Shown: one piece after another, positions 24,566 to 34,246 of the stretch | Layout of the letters: the number at the start of each line of letters is the position of its first letter | Position numbering within the stretch: the stretch's first letter is position 1 | Source: Methanotrichaceae archaeon | Lineage (GTDB): Archaea; Halobacteriota; Methanosarcinia; Methanotrichales; Methanotrichaceae | Direction: 5' to 3' | Assembly (NCBI GenBank): GCA_963813075.1 | Contig: CAWEXU010000005.1 | Location: 64,001 to 128,000 of the forward strand | Length of the DNA stretch: 64,000 bases | Made by a program: the position numbers and the translations under genes | The notes under the pieces: model-generated | Seen by the model: only the letters and a program-made list of their open reading frames with translations | Database searches by the model: none | What the model was told of the DNA's origin: nothing

Positions 24566-25803
24566 TCAGCAGACACTCTCCTCCAGCTTCCTTACCATCT
24601 CCTCCGCCCTCCGTCCCACCTGGACTGGATCCACGGGCACTCTGGCCACGCCGCTCTCTATGGCCGCCCGGGCCACCGCTTCTGCCACTGCCGGGACCAC
24701 TCTTCTGTCCAGAGGGGAGGGGATGATGCTCTCCCGGCTGGGATTTTGCACCAGGCCGGCTATCGCCCGTGAGGCAGCCATCTTCATCTGTTCATTGATC
24801 TCGCTGGCCCGCACGTCCAGATGCACCCCGGAATATGCCCGGAAATCCCAGGACATTGTTCACCTGATTGGGATAGTCGGAGCGGCCGGTGGCCACCACC
24901 GCTGCCCCAGCCTCCTCGGCCAGCTCGGGCATGATCTCGGGCTCTGGGTTGGCCAGGGCGAATACCACCGCGTCGCCAGCCATGCTCCTGACCATCTCCG
25001 GGGTTACGATGCCCGCCACAGAGAGGCCCAAAAAGACGTCCGCTCCCCGAATGGCGTCTTTCAGGCTGCCTGTGACATTGCGGGGATTGGTAAGGGCGGC
25101 GATCTCTTGCTTGGAGGGGTTCAGGTCCGGTCGAGATCTTGTGAATCACCCCCCTGCTATCGCAGAGGATGACATCCTTTGCCCCAAAGCTCAAGAGGAA
25201 CCGGGTGACGGCCACCCCCGCTGCTCCCGCCCCGCTCACTGCCACCTTCAGATCCGCAAAGTTTTTTCCCACCAGGTGGAGGGCATTGATCAGGGCGGCC
25301 AGGGCGACCACTGCCGTGCCATGCTGGTCATCATGAAATACCGGGATCTTCAGGGCCTTCTTCAGCCTCTCCTCCACCTCAAAGCAGCGGGGAGCGCTGA
25401 TATCCTCCAGGTTTATCCCTCCGAAGACCGGCTCGATCATGGCCACGGTCCTCACTATATCCTCTGGATCCTGAGAGGCGACAGCTATGGGAAAGGCATC
25501 GATCCCCGCGAAGTTCTTGAACAGTATCGCTTTGCCCTCCATCACCGGTATGGAGGCCAGAGCGCCGATGTCGCCCAAACCCAGCACGGCAGTTCCGTCT
25601 GTTACCACAGCTACCAGATTTCCCTTGGAGGTGTAGCGGTAGACGTCATCTGGATTCATCTCGATCTCGCGACAGGGTGCGGCCACCCCTGGGGTATAGG
25701 CCAGGCTCAAATCCCGGCTGGTGGCGCAGGGCACCTTGCTGTGCACGGCAATCTTTCCTGTGGCTGCTTCATGAAAGGCTAGTGCTTCTTCTCGAAGGGA
25801 CAT
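24566..25803 (-). CDS. NAD(P)-dependent malic enzyme (frameshifts ~25130 and ~24820)
   Basis: [56 protein letters not shown]. Confidence 0.9.
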
Positions 25804-25874
25804 AACATACTCCTGAGGGAGGCATTCAGGGGAGCAACAGATATAAAGCATGGGCAAAAGGGAGTCTAACCTGA

Positions 25875-26024
25875 GCCGGGGTGGCAGAGCGGACAAATTC
25901 CGCCGGGCAAAAGCCGGTGGAAGTTCAAACGCGGCAGGCTCGAGACCTGTTGTCCCTTCCAGGGACACTTGGGTTCAAATTGACGGGTCGCAAGAGACCC
26001 GCCAGGAAAATCCCAACCCCGGCG
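25875..26024 (+). tRNA. tRNA-Ser(CGA) with two non-canonical introns (~25897-25928 in D-loop; ~25980-26010 in T-loop)
   Basis: Acceptor GCCGGGG/CCCCGGC plus discriminator G; anticodon arm GCAGG-CT-CGA-GA-CCTGT; long variable arm TGTCCCT/AGGGACA; T arm TTGGG-TTCAAAT-CCCAA after removing insert; TATA at 25841-25848. Confidence 0.88.
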
Positions 26025-26080
26025 CTAATAATAAGCAAAGTTTCATATCAGAGTAAGATGCGAAGAAAGAGCTGATTATT

Positions 26081-26230
26081 ATGGCTAGATTTCCAGAAGC
26101 AGAAAACAGAATCTTGAACCTCAAGATATGCATGCGCTGCAATGCGCGAAACCCGGTAAAAGCTACCCGCTGCCGCAAATGCGGCTACGAAGGCCTGAGG
26201 ATGAAGTCCAAGGAGAACAAGACCGCTTAG
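26081..26230 (+). CDS. rpl40e: 50S ribosomal protein L40e
   Basis: [45 protein letters not shown] (49 aa; absent from ORF track). Confidence 0.95.
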   Translation: MARFPEAENRILNLKICMRCNARNPVKATRCRKCGYEGLRMKSKENKTA

Positions 26231-26237
26231 ACCTTAA

Positions 26238-26996
26238 ATGACCTTTGAGATGGGCAGGGTTGAGCTGCACCTGCGGGATGCCATAAAAAAGCATGGAGCA
26301 GGCCACTTAACCCTTATCGATCCCGATTCCCAAAGCCCCCAGGAAGCAGGGAGGATGGCCCAGGCGGCCAGCCAGGGGGGGACGGACGCCATCATGGTGG
26401 GTGGCTCGGTGGGGGCGACCGGCGCCCTCCTGCATGAGACCGTGGCCGAGATCAAGCGGGTGACCGATCTCCCGGTCATTCTCTTTCCGGCAAGTGTAGC
26501 TGGGCTATGCGAGAACGCCGATGCCGTCTTCTTCATGAGCCTGCTCAACAGCCGCTCACCCAGCTACCTCATTGAGAACCAGGCTCTGGGAGCACCGCTG
26601 ATTCTGCGCTACCGCCTGGAGGCTCTGCCCATGGCCTATATCATCATCGAGCCCGGAGGGACGGTGGGCTATGTGGGCGATGCCCGCCTGATACCCAGAA
26701 AGAAGCCGGAGCTTGCTCTGGCATATGCTCTGGCGGGAAAGTACCTGGGCATGAGGCTGGTCTATCTGGAGGCCGGTTCCGGTGCGGACTCGCCGGTGCC
26801 CGCGAGCATGGTGGCCCTGACCAAGAGACTGCTGGGCGACGTGCTGGTCATTGTGGGCGGAGGCATAAGAAGCGGCGCGTCAGCGGCAGAGCTGGTGGCC
26901 GCCGGAGCGGATCTTATAGTGACGGGCACAGCTGTGGAGAAGAGCAAGGATATATCCTCATTTATCTTTGAGCTGACCTCAGCCATTCGCAGGTAG
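26238..26996 (+). CDS. Geranylgeranylglyceryl phosphate synthase
   Basis: TLIDPD, MVGGS, FMSLLNS, YLEAGSGA, VGGGIR. Confidence 0.92.
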   Translation: MTFEMGRVELHLRDAIKKHGAGHLTLIDPDSQSPQEAGRMAQAASQGGTDAIMVGGSVGATGALLHETVAEIKRVTDLPVILFPASVAGLCENADAVFFMSLLNSRSPSYLIENQALGAPLILRYRLEALPMAYIIIEPGGTVGYVGDARLIPRKKPELALAYALAGKYLGMRLVYLEAGSGADSPVPASMVALTKRLLGDVLVIVGGGIRSGASAAELVAAGADLIVTGTAVEKSKDISSFIFELTSAIRR

Positions 26997-27002
26997 CCCT
27001 TC

Positions 27003-28148
27003 GTGTCATCGGATATTTTGACTTTTCTCGATTCATCAAACGTTGACGGCTTTCTCTTTGTGGGAGACAGCATATGCAACTCGGATATGTATTACCTCTC
27101 CCATTTTCTCGCTGGGGACAGGTTCGCCATCCTCTTTCAGGAGAAGACTGCGATTCTCGTCTCCTCTATGGAGAAGGGCAGAGCAAAAAAGGAATCCTGT
27201 GCAGATGAGGTTCTAAGCACCCAGGACTACCATATAATGGAAAAGCTGAAGAGCTGCACTAAACCGGAAGAGGCCTATTCAGAGGTGCTGAAGGATTTTC
27301 TGAGGGATCACGGCATATTGCGCCTGGGCGTGGCATACAGCTTTCCCACAGGGATATTCCAGCCTTTATCCCGGCATTTCGATATTCAGGTCCTGGAGAG
27401 CCCGGTCCGGAAGGCAAGGGCAACCAAGAGCCCCCAGGAGATCGAGTGCATCGCCTCTGCCCAGAGGGCCTGCGAGAGGGCGATGAGGCGGGCAGTGGAT
27501 CTTATCGCCAGCTCTGAACCGCGGGGGGATGTCCTCTGCCGCCAGGGCCAGCCCATCACCTCTGAGCAGGTGCGATCGGCTATTGATATCTCCCTCCTGG
27601 AGGATGGCTGCGAGGCGGCAGACACCATCGTCGCCGGCGGGACCCAGGCTGCCGATCCCCATGCGCGAGGGACCGGTCCTCTGCCCGCCAACTCTCCCAT
27701 TGTCATCGACATCTTTCCCCGTTCCAAGACTCACCGCTACTATGCAGATATGACCCGCACCGTCCTGCGAGGTGAGCCCCCTTTAGAGGTGAAAGAGCTC
27801 TACGATTCCGTTCTTGCCGCCCAGGAGGCAGGGATCGGTGCCATTCGGAACGGCATATCTGGAGAGGAGGTCCATTCCATTGTATCCGACGTTTTCCTGG
27901 AAATGGGCTATCCGGAAAGGGATGGCTGCGGTTTCACCCATTCCACCGGCCACGGCGTGGGCCTGGATGTGCATGAGCAGCCCTCCCTGGGCGAATACGG
28001 GGAGAGGCTGAAAAGCTCACAGGTGGTAACGGTGGAGCCGGGCCTGTACTATCCGGATATCGGCGGAGTTCGGCTGGAGGACCTGGTGGTGGTGAGGGAT
28101 AGAGGATGCCAGAACCTCACCCGCTTTGAAAAAGACCTCGTCCTCTGA
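27003..28148 (+). CDS. Xaa-Pro aminopeptidase (M24B)
   Basis: DIFP...YYADMTRT, HSTGHGVGLDVHE, TVEPGLY, GGVRLED. Confidence 0.92.
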   Translation: MSSDILTFLDSSNVDGFLFVGDSICNSDMYYLSHFLAGDRFAILFQEKTAILVSSMEKGRAKKESCADEVLSTQDYHIMEKLKSCTKPEEAYSEVLKDFLRDHGILRLGVAYSFPTGIFQPLSRHFDIQVLESPVRKARATKSPQEIECIASAQRACERAMRRAVDLIASSEPRGDVLCRQGQPITSEQVRSAIDISLLEDGCEAADTIVAGGTQAADPHARGTGPLPANSPIVIDIFPRSKTHRYYADMTRTVLRGEPPLEVKELYDSVLAAQEAGIGAIRNGISGEEVHSIVSDVFLEMGYPERDGCGFTHSTGHGVGLDVHEQPSLGEYGERLKSSQVVTVEPGLYYPDIGGVRLEDLVVVRDRGCQNLTRFEKDLVL

Positions 28149-28173
28149 AAAAAGGATTAGAGATTTGGTGATA

Positions 28174-29058
28174 ATGATGGACGCAGAAATTCTAGATAAT
28201 TATCGGAAGGCCGGACGGATTCTGGCCGAAGTGCTGGAAGAGGCAAGGCCGAGGGTAGATGTAGGGGTGCCCCTGCTGGAGGTGGGCGAGTTCGTGGAGG
28301 AGGCCATAAGGTCAAAAGGCGGACTGCCTGCATTTCCCTGCAACATATCTTTAGACCGGAGCGCAGCTCATTATACTCCCTCGCCAAAGGACGAGAGCGT
28401 CTTTGCCGAGAATATGGTAAAGCTGGATGTGGGAGTGCATGTGGACGGCTACATAGCCGATGCCGCCATCACCATAGATCTCGGCGGCCACGAGGATCTG
28501 GTCCTCGCTGCTCAGGCGGGCCTTGATGCCGCCCTGGAGCTGGTAGGGCCAGGGGTGAGCACGGCTGATATTGGCAAAGCAATAGAGGATGCCATAGTTG
28601 GCTACGGGTACAAGCCGGTGTACAATCTGACCGGGCACGGACTCTCCCGTTATACTGCTCATGACCTGCCAGCGGTGCCGAACAGGGGCATGGATAAAGG
28701 GGTAACCCTAAAGGAAGGGGATGTCATTGCCATCGAGCCCTTCGCCACCAATGGCTCAGGGAGAATCAGCGAGGCGCCCATCACCGAGATCTATGGATTT
28801 TCCGGCCCGCGGCCCCAGAGGCTCCCCGCGGCCAGAGCGCTGATGAAGGAGATAATGGAGAGCTACAAAACCCTTCCCTTCGCCAGACGGTGGTTGAAAG
28901 GGGAACGGGCGGAGTACTCATTGATGCATCTCGTGCGGAGCGGGGCTGTGCACGGATATCCGGTTCTTTGGGAGGTCGAGGGGGCACTGGTCTCCCAGGC
29001 GGAGCATACGGTCCTGATTCTGGAAAATGGATGCGAGGTTACAACCAGGCTCCGCTAA
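28174..29058 (+). CDS. map: Type II methionine aminopeptidase
   Basis: AFPCN, AAHYTP, KLDVGVHVDGYIAD, NLTGH, AIEPFAT, SQAEHT. Confidence 0.95.
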   Translation: MMDAEILDNYRKAGRILAEVLEEARPRVDVGVPLLEVGEFVEEAIRSKGGLPAFPCNISLDRSAAHYTPSPKDESVFAENMVKLDVGVHVDGYIADAAITIDLGGHEDLVLAAQAGLDAALELVGPGVSTADIGKAIEDAIVGYGYKPVYNLTGHGLSRYTAHDLPAVPNRGMDKGVTLKEGDVIAIEPFATNGSGRISEAPITEIYGFSGPRPQRLPAARALMKEIMESYKTLPFARRWLKGERAEYSLMHLVRSGAVHGYPVLWEVEGALVSQAEHTVLILENGCEVTTRLR

Positions 29059-29079
29059 ACGTTTTTTTTAAGGATAGGG

Positions 29080-29691
29080 CTAGTCACCCTCTCCGGTATC
29101 CTCCGATCCGTCCTCATCTTTGTAGCTATCATCGCCGATCATGGCTGCGGAGATGGCATCAATGCCGTCCATCAGCTCGGCAGTCATGCAGTAGGGCAAT
29201 TCGCCGATCTCAGGAAGGCTCTCCCCGCTGACCACCCTGGCCCCTACCTGGCTGAGCAGATCGAAGGCCTGGTCCAGGTCCTCCTTCTCCTCTGCCGCTA
29301 CCGCCCTTGCCACCAGCTCCTCAATCGGGCTCTCCTGATCGAAGCTTCCGGTGATATAGCGCTGGCTGGAGACGAACACCGCCGCAAGGGAGGTCTTGAG
29401 GGATTCTATCATCAGATCAGCATCCTCTCCCAGGGATTCGTGCTCCTGGAAGACTATTGAACGGATGGACTCGATTTCGTCCAGGGCCTCATCAGTAGTT
29501 ATGATCTCTCTTTCAGAGCGGGCTATAACCTTCAGACAGGCTAAAACCACATCGTCCATTATGTAGATGAAGACCGCTCCCGAGTTCTTGTCATCGGACT
29601 CTGTGAGCTTGAAGTTGCTTTCCTTCACCTTGTTCATCCAGTTAAGCCACCGCTTCTGGGTGTAGAATTCTTCCTTCATTGTAGAACTCAT
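29080..29691 (-). CDS. Conserved archaeal protein (DUF2150-like)
   Basis: EFYTQKRWLNW N-terminus, acidic C-terminus. Confidence 0.7.
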   Translation of the reverse strand: MSSTMKEEFYTQKRWLNWMNKVKESNFKLTESDDKNSGAVFIYIMDDVVLACLKVIARSEREIITTDEALDEIESIRSIVFQEHESLGEDADLMIESLKTSLAAVFVSSQRYITGSFDQESPIEELVARAVAAEEKEDLDQAFDLLSQVGARVVSGESLPEIGELPYCMTAELMDGIDAISAAMIGDDSYKDEDGSEDTGEGD

Positions 29692-29707
29692 CCTTTATCT
29701 TAACAAT

Positions 29708-30217
29708 TCAGCGGTATGTATCCGCCAGGGCCACTCTCTCGATAACCAGGTCCTCGATCCTGTCCTCGCCCACCGCTTCAAGCTCTGCAGAAGAGATATT
29801 AAAAGCCTCTTTCACCGCTTCATATCGGCAGGAGCAGCCAAGTCCATCCGGCTTGAGGAGTCTGGATAGCTCTCTTTCACCCGGCCAGGAACACTCGCTG
29901 CCCCGGCTGGTAAGGATCAGGGCTATGCGCTCTGTCCTATCTGATACGCCCATATTAAGGGCCCTTTCGATCTGCCTCTCTCCGGAAGCATATCTCATTA
30001 TCTCCATGCCGGCATCATTGGCGATGTTTCTCTTCTGAGAGAAGGCAGACATGGCCTTTTCCGTGGCAAAGAGAAGGTGCCTGGTGCTAACCACTTTATC
30101 TGCATCCAGGGCCTGTACAATACAGCCATATTGAAGTTGCAGATTTTTTATTGCCGAAATGAGCTCCCTTTTATCTGGGATGGCAGGCCGTCCGAAGAGG
30201 AGGCGGATTTCATTCAT
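29708..30217 (-). CDS. cgi121: KEOPS complex subunit Cgi121
   Basis: VQALDAD...HL, EIMRYASGERQIERAL, IERVAL. Confidence 0.85.
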   Translation of the reverse strand: MNEIRLLFGRPAIPDKRELISAIKNLQLQYGCIVQALDADKVVSTRHLLFATEKAMSAFSQKRNIANDAGMEIMRYASGERQIERALNMGVSDRTERIALILTSRGSECSWPGERELSRLLKPDGLGCSCRYEAVKEAFNISSAELEAVGEDRIEDLVIERVALADTYR

Positions 30218-30380
30218 CTCTGCAAAATCAGATCCGGTGCTCTAAAAGCTTGCGGTCTTGCAATCGATTTACGCAAAGATCATAGAAATATATGTGACAA
30301 AATGAATTAAAAGCGTCTAAAAATGCTAAAATCTGAGGAGGGCAGTATTCTCTGCCCAATTAGGTGTAAATTTTAGCCTT

Positions 30381-31241
30381 TCAGACCAGGCCGGCACGCT
30401 GCAATCTGAGCAGATCTGCCGTGTCGAGCTTCTCGCCCTGCCGGAAGTGAGTAAGGATCTCTTCTGCCTCGCGCTTGGCAACCTCTTTGGCGCGATCCTC
30501 TTTGATATCCTTATTCTTCTTCTTCAAGCCCATGATGACCTTCTCGAAGTCGCGAACCTCGCGCTGGGTGCGGATGAACTCCTTATGCTGCTCATCTGCA
30601 GCCTCCTGGGCCTTCACAAACTCCTTGTGGGCAGCGTCTGCTTCCGCACGGGTCTGATCGGCGTCCTTGAAGGTGGCGATCATCTGATCATGATATTCCT
30701 GGGCCAGCTCTGCATATCGTGTGACTTCATCGTGGTGCTTGGATGCCTCATCCCTCAATGCCTGGGCCTCATCCAGAAGCTTTCTCAGCTCGTCGTTCTT
30801 CTCAAGCTGCTCTTTACGGCTCCTGAACTCCGCATGCAGGGAGGCGATCTTGTCCACCAGTTGTTTTTCTTTGTCCGGGCTCAAGACCTCAGTCTGCTGC
30901 CTAAATTCCAGGTGATCTATCTCCCGGCGCAAGTCTCTTATCGATCGATCACCGGTAAGGTTGTACTTCTTGCGGATATCGTCTATCCTGGCGTAGAGCT
31001 GATTGGTCTTCTCGTTGAACTCGTCCCTGTGCTTCTTGGATTCAGCCACATTCTTGTTGTTCTCATCTCGCAGCTTCTTGAGCTCCTGGGCCTTATCGAT
31101 CAATTCCTTGGTGCCCTTGTTCAGCTCATTTCTCTTGGCGGCCCACTTGCTCGCCTCTGCGTTTAATTGGCTGCGTCTATCCTTAAAGGCAAGGGACTCC
31201 TGCCTGAGTTTGCCTCTTTTATCTTCTAGTTCTGCCAGCAT
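30381..31241 (-). CDS. Conserved archaeal coiled-coil protein
   Basis: Heptad-rich; LEFRQQTEVLSPDKEKQLV, GEKLDTADLLRLQ. Confidence 0.8.
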   Translation of the reverse strand: MLAELEDKRGKLRQESLAFKDRRSQLNAEASKWAAKRNELNKGTKELIDKAQELKKLRDENNKNVAESKKHRDEFNEKTNQLYARIDDIRKKYNLTGDRSIRDLRREIDHLEFRQQTEVLSPDKEKQLVDKIASLHAEFRSRKEQLEKNDELRKLLDEAQALRDEASKHHDEVTRYAELAQEYHDQMIATFKDADQTRAEADAAHKEFVKAQEAADEQHKEFIRTQREVRDFEKVIMGLKKKNKDIKEDRAKEVAKREAEEILTHFRQGEKLDTADLLRLQRAGLV

Positions 31242-31865
31242 CCCCCGTTTATCCTCCTGTTCCAGCCCGCGGCTGGGGTTTGGTCCCGCTCCGGAACCAA
31301 AAAACCCGGGAATCCTTCGCCAGGGTGGCGAAGCGCTTTTCTATGGCGCGATACATATGGGTTTTTTATATGCTCAATTTATTGATCCAATGGTATTGCC
31401 CTGTTAGGTAAGATCAAAAAATGGCCATTCCATAAGATCAATAGGAGCGAACATACTAAAGACCTATCGAGAAACCCTTTACGTATTAACCTTTTGGTAT
31501 GCTAAAGTGATCTAACCGGCCAAAACGGGATTCAGATCGGGATTAAACCAATTATTTTTAAAGGGCTCTTTAACGATTGACCCATAACTACACTGCTTTC
31601 AGCAGGGGTGCTTATCTGCGCTGATATCTATTCGGTATGTCCGACCTCAAATAAAATCTTTTAAAGTTTTAAAAATTTTATAAAAATCTTATGAATTTAT
31701 TCATAATATGCTTGCCGCAAGGGGAAAATCCATTTCATATTTATAAAAGGCGATCAACAGATTAAAATAGGTGAGTTGACCTAAAGAAAAGAAGGATCAC
31801 TTAATGAAAATGGCGATATTCGCTTAGATGGAGGGATTGATCTGAATAAGGCTATATTAGCACTG

Positions 31866-32792
31866 TTGGCAGCAATGGTTTTGATTGCTTTTACAGGGAT
31901 TTCACTGGCAGGAGAGATAGTTGAACCAGCGACAATGAAATACCCCAACGCATATGTGGAGAAGAACACCACCTTCAATTTCGAGCAGAGCGTTCAGGGT
32001 AACGGCTATTTCATGACCTATATCTATGCCCGGGCAGGAAATTCCGCAGTCAAGAACTATGCCCACGGTAGCGGTTCCTTGAACAGCGAGGCTCTTTTGA
32101 CCTTGCAAGATATGGATAAGATGACCCATAATACCTACTCCGACTACAATGACTACACCTTGAACTGCATCGAGTTCAAAGAGGATGTCTCCATGGTCTA
32201 TGCACCCATGAGAATTGCCGTCGGAAATGGATATTATGCGGCAAACCCCCTGGACTACAGCTCCCTGCTCAAAGAGAAGACCTGGATAAAGAACCACCTC
32301 TCTGGCACCAGCATGCATCATGAGGTCGAGTATGCCCATGCCCTGGACAAGGAATTGAACGTCGTGGCCAAAGACGTCTACAACTACACCTACGATCCAG
32401 AGACCATAGGCAATGCCTATACCCAGATGACAATAAATGAGGACGTGACCGACGGCAAAGCCCATATTGGAGTGCTGCAGGCAGCAGACACCTATGTCAG
32501 CGATGATTATGTGGACGTCTCCTTCGGCATTGCTAACAAGAAGTCCGCCTGGAGGAACCCTGCTATCGAGATCGATGAGGACTACTGGGGAACCTACCAC
32601 ATTGAGAAGAACATGACCCTCGAGGTGCCATACCACCTGGTCCAGAAGTCAGAAGACTGGCTGCCCTGCTGCTTCGGCGGCTTTGAATCCATGAATGCCA
32701 TGGACAAGAAGGCTTTCAAGTCTGCAACCGGTGTATTCGATTGCACCTGCTTCAAGGCACCAACCCAGGCCCAGTTCCCGAGAGTTTATTAG
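31866..32792 (+). CDS. Secreted hypothetical protein with Cys-containing C-terminal tail
   Basis: Signal peptide; ends WLPCCFGG...FDCTCFKAP; AT-rich promoter region upstream; true start may be slightly upstream. Confidence 0.75.
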   Translation: MAAMVLIAFTGISLAGEIVEPATMKYPNAYVEKNTTFNFEQSVQGNGYFMTYIYARAGNSAVKNYAHGSGSLNSEALLTLQDMDKMTHNTYSDYNDYTLNCIEFKEDVSMVYAPMRIAVGNGYYAANPLDYSSLLKEKTWIKNHLSGTSMHHEVEYAHALDKELNVVAKDVYNYTYDPETIGNAYTQMTINEDVTDGKAHIGVLQAADTYVSDDYVDVSFGIANKKSAWRNPAIEIDEDYWGTYHIEKNMTLEVPYHLVQKSEDWLPCCFGGFESMNAMDKKAFKSATGVFDCTCFKAPTQAQFPRVY

Positions 32793-32801
32793 TTGAGAGA
32801 T

Positions 32802-32835
32802 GAGGGAGACAGTCTCCCTTCTATTTTTTATTTTT
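32802..32835 (+). terminator. Hairpin plus T-tract terminator
   Basis: AGGGAGAC-A-GTCTCCCT followed by TTTTTTATTTT. Confidence 0.55.
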
Positions 32836-32875
32836 AATCAAAGGCATTATTAATCCTGCATTGCCTGGATAACCT

Positions 32876-33508
32876 ATGCAGTTCGCGACGTGGGAGCCAA
32901 TCTATAATCAGATCTTGCAGGACTTCGGCTTCTCCTCCTCCAGGGACGAAGAGGGAGCCCTGCTTCTGGAAAATCTTCTGCAGGGCCGCCGCAATTTCCT
33001 GGCCATTGCACAGGAAGGGGTAGGTGGGAGAGAGGCAGTGGTATTTGGCAATGCGCCCTCTCTTGACCATGAGGTGGATATGCTGCCACCGCTTGATGCC
33101 GCCCTCATCGCTGCGGACGGGGCAGCGGCTGTCATGCTGAAAAAGGGTATAGTACCGGATATTGTGGTCTCAGACCTTGACGGCCCATTTCCTGCTATCT
33201 ATGAGGCCTGCCAGAGGGGGGCGATCATCGTCGTTCATGCTCACGGCGATAACCTGGATGCTCTCAAAAGGTATGTACCCCAGCTTGATAATATCATCGG
33301 CACCTGCCAGTGCCGGCCTCCTGCAGGCCTTTACAACTTCGGAGGATTCACAGACGGAGATCGGTCGGTATTCCTGGCGAAAGAGCTTGGGGCGTCATCA
33401 ATTAAGCTGGTCGGCTTTGACTTCGAGGACGAGAGCGTAACCCCCCGCAAAAGAAAGAAGCTGGCCTGGGCGAAGAGGCTGATCGATTTCGCACTATCTG
33501 ATCCGTAA
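32876..33508 (+). CDS. mptE: 6-hydroxymethyl-7,8-dihydropterin pyrophosphokinase (MptE-like)
   Basis: IAADGA, PDIVVSDLDG, VHAHGDN, NFGGFTDGDR, KRKKLAWA. Confidence 0.85.
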   Translation: MQFATWEPIYNQILQDFGFSSSRDEEGALLLENLLQGRRNFLAIAQEGVGGREAVVFGNAPSLDHEVDMLPPLDAALIAADGAAAVMLKKGIVPDIVVSDLDGPFPAIYEACQRGAIIVVHAHGDNLDALKRYVPQLDNIIGTCQCRPPAGLYNFGGFTDGDRSVFLAKELGASSIKLVGFDFEDESVTPRKRKKLAWAKRLIDFALSDP

Positions 33509-33558
33509 TCTCTCAAAATGTAAAAGGGGATTTTCCTGTGCCGCCTGGCAGGACCGGT

Positions 33559-34203
33559 TTAGGGCAGGATATCCAGTATGGATGAGACCGCTCTCTTTGC
33601 AACCTCCTCCACCCCCATGCCGGCATCCACTGTAACAAAACGCTCCGGCTCTATTGAGGCCAGTCGGCGAAAGTTGCCGTCCACCTGGCGGAGGAACTCC
33701 AGCCGCTCGAACTTCTCTTTTCCCGGACGGGAGCTGATCCTTTGCAGGGATATCTCCGGGTCCAGAAGGAAAAGGAGGGTCCTGTCCGGAGTGAGGTTCC
33801 ACGGTCGGTATATCTCTCTGATCCACTGCACCGGATCGGGAACTATTCCCTGCAGTGTCACTCCCTGATAGGCCGCAGTGGAGTCAGCGTACCGGTCGCA
33901 TAAGACAATGGCCCCCTCCTCTAGAGATGGGATTATGGTCTGGGTGAGGTGGTGGGCATGGTCTGCCATGAAAAGGAAGAGCTCCTCCATGTGCTCGGCA
34001 GGCTGGGGCATAGCAGCCGTAGATTTCAATATCTGAGACCTCAATATCCTCCCGGCACCGCTATCTGAAGGCTCAGCGGTGAGAAGGAGCCTGCGCCCTG
34101 GAAGGAGCGCCTTCAGTCTTTTCGCGATATGGCGAATAGCAGTGCTCTTTCCCGAGCCGTCGATTCCCTCTATGGTAATGAGTTGGCCCTTCACAGCTTT
34201 CAA
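33559..34203 (-). CDS. tmk: Thymidylate kinase
   Basis: IEGIDGSGKST, LFMAD, CDRYADSTAAYQG, KFE. Confidence 0.92.
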   Translation of the reverse strand: MKAVKGQLITIEGIDGSGKSTAIRHIAKRLKALLPGRRLLLTAEPSDSGAGRILRSQILKSTAAMPQPAEHMEELFLFMADHAHHLTQTIIPSLEEGAIVLCDRYADSTAAYQGVTLQGIVPDPVQWIREIYRPWNLTPDRTLLFLLDPEISLQRISSRPGKEKFERLEFLRQVDGNFRRLASIEPERFVTVDAGMGVEEVAKRAVSSILDILP

Positions 34204-34246
34204 GAAGGCAAGAATAGAGAGATTAAATTGTCGCCCGATACTAACT

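Noticed and set aside
25875..26024. tRNA-Sec or tRNA-Pyl
   Set aside because: The anticodon is CGA with a standard 7-bp acceptor and 5-bp T stem
25804..26075. ORF-track N-terminal extension of malic enzyme and short ORFs here
   Set aside because: They overlap the tRNA gene; malic enzyme similarity starts at MSLREEA (25803)
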